A DNA stretch of 64,000 bases from Bugula neritina (taxonomy: Eukaryota; Animalia; Bryozoa). How positions within the stretch are numbered: position 1 is the stretch's first letter; each line of letters begins with the position of its first letter. Below, piece by piece: positions 17,557 to 26,483 of the stretch. Below the pieces are notes generated by a model that made no database searches, had not been told where the DNA came from, and worked only from the letters and a program-made list of their open reading frames with translations. The stretch covers positions 9,434,698 to 9,498,697 of the forward strand of contig OZ037765.1 in the NCBI GenBank assembly GCA_964035545.1. The letters are read 5' to 3'. The translations under genes and the position numbers were made by a program.

Positions 17557-19719
17557 CTAAACTTTCGTACTGCCGCTTATACCGCGGTCACGTACACAGT
17601 CTCTGAGACACGCTGGAAGTTGCCTAGTGTGTGGTCCTGGTCCTACGTTGGTATCTCCTTGCGGAGCCCCTCCCACGGGGGGTTTTTGCACTTCCGGACC
17701 TGTTTCTGGTTCCGGAAGTGGTGGTGATGGCAGGCTTGACGTTGGGGGCGGTGGGCGCACTTTCAAGGACGGAAGTGGCCTTCCTCGCCTCGCCAAGTCT
17801 TCCTGACGTGTCATGGAGGTGTTTCCGGCCAGGTTGACAGTCTCCGCCTGCCGAGACCTTCTCGCACAATGCGTCTGCCGCCCCGCTTCACCAGGGAGAC
17901 GGCTATGCTTGTTGGTCTGGCAGACTTTGCACCGTCTCACTCTGCGCCGGATATCCCGTTCCATGTTGGGCCAGTACCACCGGAGTTGTAGCTTGGTGAC
18001 CACCCCTTGGACTCCTCCGTGAGTCTCCTCGTGGGTGTCTTGTATCAACTTCCGGCGGATGGCAACTGGGCAGACAACCCTCTTCTTGGCTGGCTGTCTG
18101 CTGTTGGCAACCAAGGTCATGGTCAGCAGACCATCTGGCCCGACCCGCAGAGAGCTCCAACGTTGACAGTACAGCCGTAACTCGGCGCATCCCTGTCGCC
18201 GTTGTTTACTACTGGGTCGTCGCCCTTCCTGTTTCGCTCGGTACACGTCGGCTACCACCCCAGGAAGGCATTCCTGGAGCTTCGGCAGCTCCCTAACGTT
18301 ACCAGCCCATACAGGTTTGGCGCGGAGGCTCTGGACAGCCTCCGGGGGCGTGTCAGCCCTCTGTTGGAGTAGCTGAGCAGGGGCGGTCCTCGCCGCCCGT
18401 GGTACCTCACGACAACCTGCTCTATTTAGGCGGGCTCCGTGGTCTGTGTGGCGGAATGCCTCACTGTACCCATGTGGCAACCTAGCCATAGCCTGGCGCT
18501 TTCCGTTGCCTGTGCAGCCACGTGTCCCTGGAGGAGGGGAGGCGTGGGTTGGGACGGTCCTCCGCCCTCGAGACGGGCTCTGCTGAGGACCTTCCGTCGT
18601 AGCTCCCGACGACGGCCCAATGGCTTCCTCCTGGACAGGATGGAAGCGACCCAGCATGGATCTGGGTGGTAGGTCTACTGTCTCTGAGAAGGGGTTGACA
18701 CACTGCACTGAGATCTCTCCTTGTCCCGTAAGCCGGCTAAAGCTATGGGCAAGTTGGACTCTCGAGTGCGTACTTTCGACAACTCCCAACTTAGAGGTTT
18801 GGCCACCGTCTACCTTGCAGCGGACGGTAGCCCGGGAGTGGCCTGGTATAGTACAGCTCCGTACTACCTGCACTGCTCCCGCTAGAGGACGACCAAACTT
18901 ATCGACACAAGCGAGCTCCTTGTCGCCCATGATCATCGCAGATTTACTGAAATCGATGCGACATCCGTGTCGATGTAAGAATGGCATCCCGAGGATGGCA
19001 TCCTCGTTGAGCTGCCCGACGATAAACGTCTCTTGGATGGCCTGGTTACGGACGTAACCAGTTAGCTCAATAATGCCGTAGAAGGGAATGCACGACCCGT
19101 CTGCCAGGGTGCCATGATCCCCCTCATACGGTGCCAACCCGTCCTTGACCTTAGCGCTGAGGGTGTCAAAGAATTGACGGCTAAGGAGGTTGGTGGTGCA
19201 GCCTGAGTCCAGGAGGAAGTTGGCAGGCTTGCCGGCTAGCTTTCCTGGTAGGAAGTAGCTACTTCCGTGTGGCTGCAGTCGTGTGTGCCGTGGTTGCACC
19301 TCCCTCGCTGTGGGTCGAGGGGTCCACGGTTGGCGGCGACTATTGACCAGCTGCCGAGGTTGGGGCGGTACGCCTTGTGGCGCCTGTACCGTTTCCCTCG
19401 CAGGCTCTGTGGTCAACCGTCTGCCGGCTCCGTGTTGGTGCTGGAGTGGCGTAGAGGACCCAGGCGGCGAGTGGCTTGAGCCTACTTGCCGCGGGGGTCG
19501 CCACTTCACAGCATCTCCGCGCGGCGCCCAGCGGGGCGACAGACGCGCGGGCCTCCCTGGGTGATTCACAGACGGCCCGCAGGAGGTGGGAACATCTGCG
19601 GGCCGTGGTAGTTTAACCCTTGTGGGAGCTGAGGGCAGTTCCCCTGGAAATGTCCTGGCCTTCCGCATCCCCAGCAGAAGTGGTGCCCCATGCCTGGTGA
19701 TTGTACCTGCGGCCCGCAA
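17557..19719 (-). CDS. Internally deleted pol in the -1 frame: aspartic protease, RT N-terminal remnant, integrase HHCC finger; no RT/RNase H/DDE core
   Basis: FLLDSGCTTNLL (D at 19209-19207) and DAILGMPFL; HEETHGG...WYWPNM...CKVC (18033-17920); no YxDD, RNase H or DDE motifs in the 720-codon open frame. Confidence 0.88.
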   Translation of the reverse strand: MRAAGTITRHGAPLLLGMRKARTFPGELPSAPTRVKLPRPADVPTSCGPSVNHPGRPARLSPRWAPRGDAVKWRPPRQVGSSHSPPGSSTPLQHQHGAGRRLTTEPARETVQAPQGVPPQPRQLVNSRRQPWTPRPTAREVQPRHTRLQPHGSSYFLPGKLAGKPANFLLDSGCTTNLLSRQFFDTLSAKVKDGLAPYEGDHGTLADGSCIPFYGIIELTGYVRNQAIQETFIVGQLNEDAILGMPFLHRHGCRIDFSKSAMIMGDKELACVDKFGRPLAGAVQVVRSCTIPGHSRATVRCKVDGGQTSKLGVVESTHSRVQLAHSFSRLTGQGEISVQCVNPFSETVDLPPRSMLGRFHPVQEEAIGPSSGATTEGPQQSPSRGRRTVPTHASPPPGTRGCTGNGKRQAMARLPHGYSEAFRHTDHGARLNRAGCREVPRAARTAPAQLLQQRADTPPEAVQSLRAKPVWAGNVRELPKLQECLPGVVADVYRAKQEGRRPSSKQRRQGCAELRLYCQRWSSLRVGPDGLLTMTLVANSRQPAKKRVVCPVAIRRKLIQDTHEETHGGVQGVVTKLQLRWYWPNMERDIRRRVRRCKVCQTNKHSRLPGEAGRQTHCARRSRQAETVNLAGNTSMTRQEDLARRGRPLPSLKVRPPPPTSSLPSPPLPEPETGPEVQKPPVGGAPQGDTNVGPGPHTRQLPACLRDCVRDRGISGSTKV

Positions 19720-20516
19720 GGCTCACGGGCAGTATCTACCTGGCTTGGGGAAGCTAATGTGGTGACCAGTTTATCTAGCATGTCAGTCATCTGTGCGACT
19801 TTTGACGCTAGTGACATCTGGTTCACATTAGCCACCGCGGAGGGTTCCGCGTTTGGTTCGGCGTGAGCAGTAGTGTGCTCCGTGGTCACCTGGCGGGAGG
19901 CCACGCGGTTGCGGTGCATATGAGTCGCCAAGAGGTAGGCTTCTCCCACCGCAAGTGCATCTTCGACTGTGGTGACTCCCCTCGCTTGGAGTTGATGGTG
20001 GAGCCCCAAGTCGTTGATGGACTGCACGAAGGCATCATAAGTATACCTCTCACGGTGTACTGGAGGCAGATCGCGGATTGCGATCTGCGCTAGTGGGTAC
20101 ACCGTGGCAGCGTGCTCTTCTAGCGACGTGTGAGGATCACGCCGCATCCTTTGTAGACGGGCCCGCGCATCTATGGGAGAGATGCCAAAACGGGCCCGCA
20201 GAGAAGCAAAGATTCCGTCTATGTCAGGTCCCGCTCCGTACGGCTTAGCTTTGCCCGTCAGCGCCATCCTGAGCTTGAGCAACGCCACCCTTGGTGGCCA
20301 CTCTGCAATCTCCATCACATCTTGGAATTCTTGGATAAACTGCTCCACTGCTTCTTCGCCTGTGAAGGTGGGCGCCTTCAGCCGGTATCTGTCTTCACCA
20401 TGCTCTCTAAGAATTCTCACTTCTTCATCTAACACCACTGGTTCCACAGGTATATCAACATTATCTCTCTCACCTTCATTCAGTGGAATGGGTAGCTCCG
20501 TGCCGTCTTCTGCCAT
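19566..20516 (-). CDS. gag: Gag (316 aa): Ty3/Gypsy capsid plus CCHC zinc knuckle
   Basis: ATG at 20516, 17 nt after the PBS; capsid-like FTGEEAVEQFIQEF...WPPRVALLKLRMALTGKAK...LRARFG; zinc knuckle CWGCGRPGHFQGNC (CX2CX4HX4C). Confidence 0.9.
   Translation of the reverse strand: MAEDGTELPIPLNEGERDNVDIPVEPVVLDEEVRILREHGEDRYRLKAPTFTGEEAVEQFIQEFQDVMEIAEWPPRVALLKLRMALTGKAKPYGAGPDIDGIFASLRARFGISPIDARARLQRMRRDPHTSLEEHAATVYPLAQIAIRDLPPVHRERYTYDAFVQSINDLGLHHQLQARGVTTVEDALAVGEAYLLATHMHRNRVASRQVTTEHTTAHAEPNAEPSAVANVNQMSLASKVAQMTDMLDKLVTTLASPSQVDTAREPCGPQVQSPGMGHHFCWGCGRPGHFQGNCPQLPQGLNYHGPQMFPPPAGRL
19572..19617 (-). promoter_or_regulatory. Programmed -1 ribosomal frameshift signal
   Basis: G_UUA_AAC in the gag frame (19617-19611), 4-nt spacer, perfect 11-bp stem ACGGCCCGCAG/CTGCGGGCCGT (19606-19596 with 19582-19572); the pol ORF is exactly -1 to gag. 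Confidence 0.8.
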
Positions 20517-20532
20517 GACTGCTATACGCAAG

Positions 20533-20550
20533 ATCCCACCGCTGCCACCA
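20533..20550 (-). promoter_or_regulatory. Primer binding site complementary to tRNA-Leu 3' end
   Basis: Minus strand TGGTGGCAGCGGTGGGAT, 1 nt inside the 5' LTR; complement of ...ATCCCACCGCTGCCA-CCA, the 3' end of metazoan tRNA-Leu(AAG/TAG). Confidence 0.9.
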
Positions 20551-20551
20551 C

Positions 20552-20903
20552 TGTAGTAATTTGTGCAATTACTGAGCGTGAGTTATTTACTTGCGTATAG
20601 TTAGCTGGTTATTCTGCTAGCAATTACTAGGGTAGCTGTCGAGTAATTATATTTATTATCCACAATAAAGCATAAAACAAACATCACATCAAATTATCCT
20701 ATACATCAGTCAACTACTAACACATGTTACTACTTCAAGCCTCCGCTTACAACAACGTGATATAATGTTAATAGCCCGGGAAGTGTCACGTGAATCGGAA
20801 GCATATCTTCCGGAGCTGCTAATTGGTTGCTACATAAGGGCTAAGTATTCCAAGAGTAGGGAGAGGGCGATTCCCGTATTTGTACTTTGCACTACTCACT
20901 ACA
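20552..20903 (-). repeat. 5' LTR
   Basis: TG...CA termini with 6-bp inverted ends; minus-strand AATAAA at 20657-20652; E-box GTCACGTGA and inverted CGGAAG/CTTCCG pair in U3; adjacent to PBS. Confidence 0.95.
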
Positions 20904-20910
20904 CTATTAG

Positions 20911-21605
20911 TAGGTAAATCAAATATCCTTTAGCCCCGCCTACTTTCACAAAATCGAGTGGCATCGATAGCCCGAGCAAAATCTGGAAAGCGTTCAGTAC
21001 AGAAAACCTGTTTAGACCTCTTTTTGATTTGCTAATAACTTTTAGTATAGTTCATGCAGAGAAAATTTGAAAATATCATTGTGTAGCAGAGCCTTATATT
21101 AAACTGATTTTATGATCACGAACCCCTTCAAATCCTCTGCTCCTTGTGGTAAGGAGTGTTAAAATATAGTAAAAATCCATATTTTTCAATCAATAATTTA
21201 AGTTATAATTTGTGACAGATATGTAAAATGAATATATTTTAAAACCATCTCTAAAAGTTTTCTATCAATTGAAGTATTAATATGATGATATTATGCTTTA
21301 GCTATTTAGTTATAATGATTTAAGTCGAAGGCTATGCTCGAGACTTGTAGATTTTTGAGATAGCTATTACGCTATTGTTGCTAAACGCATGAAAATAAGT
21401 GGGTTCGCTAAAGCATTCATGGCGTGAAGATTTAATTGCTCGGGTAACTGGTTGAACGTCATAAATTTACAAGCTAATATCTGCACTTGTAGTTGATCTT
21501 GCCTGTTGAAAGTGCATTGAAGTTCACTCAAATTTTTTTGTCTACCGATCTAACCTAAAATTAAACTGTAAAGCGTTACTTGAAAATTATCATTTGATGT
21601 ACCTA
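20911..21605. mobile_element. Putative non-autonomous DNA transposon (MITE-like)
   Basis: Inverted termini TAGGTAAATCAAAT (20911-20924) and ATTTGATGTACCTA (21592-21605), 13/14 match, possible TA TSD; interrupts a TAG/TAC-rich tract. Confidence 0.5.
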
Positions 21606-24600
21606 CTATTAGTATTAGTAATAGTATTACTATTACTATAGTTAACTATAAAACTAAGTCGGCAACTGTAATTGTAACTGTGAGGCTAGGACCGAGTAAG
21701 ACCAAGAGTAAGACTAAGTGTAACACTAACACTAACAGTAACTGTGACTTCAAGTTTAGGTTTACCTCTTACTCTTAGAGTTAGAGTTAGTCTTACACTT
21801 ACAGTTTGAGTTACACTTACAGTTAGACTTAGTGTTACTTGAACTTAAAGCTACTACTAGTACTACTAGTACAAAAAACTCAGAAAGAGTTACGGTTACT
21901 TTTCTATTGACATTATCATTGTATGATGAAAATAATAATATTAAAATTATAATTAATAATATAATAATATTAAAATAATATTAATAATATCACTATCAGT
22001 ATCAGCATCACTACGTACATGCCGAGGTGAACACAGGATACCAACTTCTTCTGTTGGCGAAGATAGCGTGTTCGGCGAAATTATAATATCACACTGACAT
22101 AAGCTTTCTTTACATTTGAAGGTAATATAAAATTAGCTTAACTATTAGTGAGTAATTTCTCAGATTATCGAACCAAGTCCAACTCGTAGCTAATGTGATA
22201 CTGATACTCATACTGTAATTGTTGTCATTCTAAATCATAATATATTATAGCTATCAATAACATTTTTTAAAAAAGGTACTTGTTATTACATGTATAATAA
22301 TACACATAATTAAGCTAGATAAAATTAAACATATGTATAAAACAATTAAAATATTATAATAATAATTGATATTTTTTGAACAGTATCACTATCACTATGA
22401 CTATCAGTATCACTATCAGTATGAGTATGGTCTCAGTATCACTATTAATAATAATATGAGTATGACTATGACTGAGTACGACTATGACTATGAGCGTCAT
22501 TAATCAATATCAATATGAATGTTAAATATGAAAATAAAAATAACACTAATATTAATAATATAGTAATAATTATAATAATACTAATTGTACTAGTAGTCTA
22601 GTACTACTATTAGTATTAGTAATGATACTACTGAGTACTACTCGTACTAGTAGTAGTAAAACTAAAAGTAAAACTATAAGTATAAGTCACAGACATAAGA
22701 ATAAGTAGAACTAGAAATCATACTCATAGATTTAGAATTATTATAATAGTCAACATTATTTGTTTCAGTTTGAGAAACTGTGTAATGGTATTTTTATTAA
22801 TGTAAATAATTGTATTTGTTATGATTTACATTTTTATTTTACTACTATTAGTAGTAATACTATTACTAATATTAGTAGTACTCTACCCATAAACTTAAAG
22901 GACTACAGCCATCTAGGCGAGATGAAAAAGTAGTAATAGTACTAGTAGTACCAGTAGCTAGTAAGTTATAAGTAGTGTCACATTCACACAGTATAAGTAT
23001 GCAATGACTGTAAGCTGTAAAGCTAAGTAAAGCTAAAAGATTATTTTAATTTTTAACCAATACCACGTGTACTACATTGTGATCATCATTATGATTATTA
23101 TTTATTATTCACAGATTTTTTATATTCATATTGTGAAAAAGAAAACTGTCATAATAAGATTTGTTTTAGCCATGCAGCTCATATTACTATGGCTGTCTGA
23201 AATTCGCTATTAACTAGTTGGCTATAGGCTAGATTGAATTTATATTTAACTTCTCTGAAAGTATCCTCATGAGACAAAACAGCCTGTGATATTATTTTGT
23301 AGAGTATTCTTTTCAAGCTAGGTTCATGCTTCTGTAGTTTCATGTCTGCCTTTTGTATTTTGATGAATTTTACTACCCAGTGTGTACTAGATTCATGACA
23401 TCACTGGTGGTGTTATCAGAATGATTTCAGAAAGTATAATCATACTTTGAAATTGGTGGGCAGCTTGTTCTTCACATATTAGGCACAGTCATAGACTTTT
23501 GAATCCCTGTTTATGTTTCATGTAAAATATTAATCAAATTTTATTTGGAGTTGCCTTGAGGTTTGATGTATTCAAAAAATGTAGCTCCAAGAGCATATTT
23601 ATGATCAGGCAAGGTATTTTGCCAAAAGTAATAACTTAACACTTGTTTACCCTATCCTTGAAGCATTTTCATCTGAAAACTCTAGGTCTTCATCCACATT
23701 ATATAACAGTGTATTTATTATTAGCATAATAATTTACCCAAGGTGTGACAGTGTTTGATATATTTAATATGTGCATGAGAGACAACTTTAGTCCTAGTAC
23801 TTAGTCTTGTGACAACAAAAATAACCAAGAGCTGTGTAAATAAGGCAAGAGTGAGTGGCATGAAAATACCTTGGTGCTTTAACATTGGCCATTGTTTGCA
23901 TTGTGGTGCAACAATAAGATTGGGTTTATGGCTGATGAAGTTAAGGGGCTAGATAATTTGGAATTGTCTTCTTTTATAAAAAGTCCGATTTGAATAAATT
24001 GGCCATAAAAAACATTTAGTTTTTCATTCAGCGTAACCCATAACAAAAGCCATTCGAAGCATGGAAGCATATTGATGGACCCTGCCTTTTAAATTTTATA
24101 AGCTGCATATTTTTTACTTATGACTATGTAATCTGTAGCAACAGTCACTAGTAAATTTGTTTGTCATGAAATTATTTACAAAGTTGTCATCCTATCTGTT
24201 ACAATAATCAATTTAAATATGAGCACGCATTACTTTTAGTTAGGAGAAAATTTTCTTACAGTTTTATCTAATGTATGCTACCTACCCTTAAAGATACATT
24301 AAATAAAAATTTTTACGAACAATTGAATAAATATTTATATAATAGTTTTTACCCTTGTATTGCTATAATTAGCAAAGTTGATATGATGACCAATGTTAAA
24401 ACAGGCTTCTAAATATTTCTGATGTGCTTTTTTCTGGATCAAATACATTTGTAACTGTTTCATTTAGTAGATGTTTACCCAAATTTAATTTCAATCTTCA
24501 TTCAATTTGTAAATAGAATGTTTAAAAAAAACTTGGTTTATGGAATTCAATAAAATTCAGCAGCTTTTGCGTACATTGTCTAATCATTTAACTAAGTGTA

Positions 24601-25420
24601 TGTTTTTAGGTGCCAGGTACCTGGTTAAATTGTGTATTAATTATGGTTGGGTGGGATGGATTGACTTGGTGGGATCTTTTACCAATTTGTCTTTTTACAG
24701 TTTTCAAATTTAATCTTTATATTTCATCTTTCTCCGCCATATCCTGATCGGGTGGCGGCAAGTTTAATCTTTATATTTGAAATAATATAGCTATCTTTTA
24801 CAACTTGAAGTATGTCTCCATTGGACATTTTCATGAAGGCAAATTCCTAAACTCTTTGGCCAATCAGAAGATTTAAAAATCATCTGTCTGTGCAGGTGTT
24901 GCTGTATATGTAAAAAAAGGTGTCATTTTTAAGGTTAGAAAGTTCTAGCAATGTGGACAGATATATTATACAGTTTTTAACTTAACAATTAATATGGTTC
25001 TAGCATACTAAGCATAGTGTATCCTTGTTATGGCTTTTCTAAATGTTAGAGAAAACTTTTTTGCAATCCTAAATAGTTTTTTTTTCTAGTTTTGTATAGA
25101 TAGCTAAATTTAATCGTTTGTGGTAAGGTATAGGAGATCAAATGATGAAAATTGATGTGAATGTTATTAGCCAGAATTTATAAAGTTGTGTTACAATATG
25201 CAAGCATCTATAGCTGTTATGATGCCATTAACTGAAATTATATGCTGGTTGTAATCAAAGCTCTATTTAGAAGTTGTCAATGTAAGCACTGTGCTGAGTT
25301 GTTTTGATCAATTGACCCAATCAATGAGACTCTGCATATATTAGTATTGATTTAAAGTTGCATTTGATTTGCACACGTAAGTGTAGCCATTTTTCCTGGG
25401 TTTCAACTGTTGACTGATAA

Positions 25421-25638
25421 AAAAACTCGCGCAAGTTTATAGTCGCTATCCCTGTGAGAAACCTCTGATGGAAAGGGGTTTTGTTAGAACGGGCTAAGGA
25501 CTTGTTCAAATGAGGCACAGAAGCAATTATGACTGGGTGCTTTTCCTAACATCACCAATGGCCTTTGTCGGGTTCGAACCCACGACTTCGTGTTCACAAA
25601 GCGAACGCTTTAACCCCTAGACCACGGCTGCTTCCTCG
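25421..25638 (-). mobile_element. tRNA-derived SINE (Meta-domain-like core), copy 1
   Basis: Minus strand A box TGGTCTAGGGG, B box GGTTCGAACCC, T-run tail; exact 15-bp TSD ACTGTTGACTGATAA (25406-25420 and 25639-25653); homologous to 38312-38534. Confidence 0.88.
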
Positions 25639-26483
25639 ACTGTTGACTGATAACTTATTTGTAAATTAATTTTTCAGAATTATAACAGTTTTAAGATGTT
25701 TGTCACGTTAGATATTGAGCATGTATGGGAAAATTAACTGTTCTTCCAAAATTGGTAAAATTTTGAAAAATATTTTGGGGCAGCCAGATTGGATTACCAA
25801 AAGATTTCCCAGTTCAATGCTGAATGATTTGTAAACAAGTGTAGTGCTGTATTATATTGTTGGTGTGTGACACACGATTTCGCTGGTTTTTAAATATGTT
25901 ATTTTTTACAGATATTGAAATCCAAGGATGTCTTCGAACACAAGTGATCAAAATGTTAGGTCTAGACGCCCATTGCATAATAAGGATGAATTCACAGCTA
26001 ACTCCTCAGGTGCCTTATTTTATTAATGAATCATAGATTCAGCTCCTCAACAGTTTTGACCATCTACATTGTAGATAGTTGATACTTCCCTGCTCTGTCA
26101 TAAACATAATCGTAGGAAACTTAGGTGATATATGCTATATAAGTAGGGTTAATGTTTAACAGACAGTAAATAGAGTATAAAGCATAATTACCTATATGAT
26201 ATTATGCAATGCAAGACAATCCCCAGCTCTCTAAATCTCTCATTAAGTCAAAAACAGGAAAAAGCTTTTGTCTCAACTAAGGAGTAATCTAATGGTTTGC
26301 ATGACTTTTCTATTGCCGGCATATCAATATCCGCGATCAATAACAGATTACTACTGTTCTTTAAATGAAGTTTACACATTATTTTACACTTTGCCAATCA
26401 TACAACACACTATAGCCTGCACCTGGTTTTTCCCACTACCATGTTTGTTGTGTTGTAATGTGTGACAGTAGCTACTAGCTAAC

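Larger units (their letters stand above)
15635..20903 (-). mobile_element. Non-autonomous Ty3/Gypsy-type LTR retrotransposon lacking RT/RNase H/IN core, with accessory ORF3
   Basis: Direct LTRs 15635-15986 and 20552-20903 (352 bp, TGTAGT...ACTACA, no mismatch seen), 4-bp TSD CTAT (15631-15634 and 20904-20907), PBS and PPT on the minus strand, gag-pro ORFs, interior visibly GC-richer than host. Confidence 0.96.

Noticed and set aside
16130-20556. Numerous plus-strand ORFs antisense to gag/pol/ORF3
   Set aside because: Expected shadow ORFs in GC-rich coding DNA; no recognisable motifs.
25560-25638. Functional tRNA gene
   Set aside because: No proper acceptor stem; continues into a shared body with TSDs and has a second diverged copy, so it is a SINE head.
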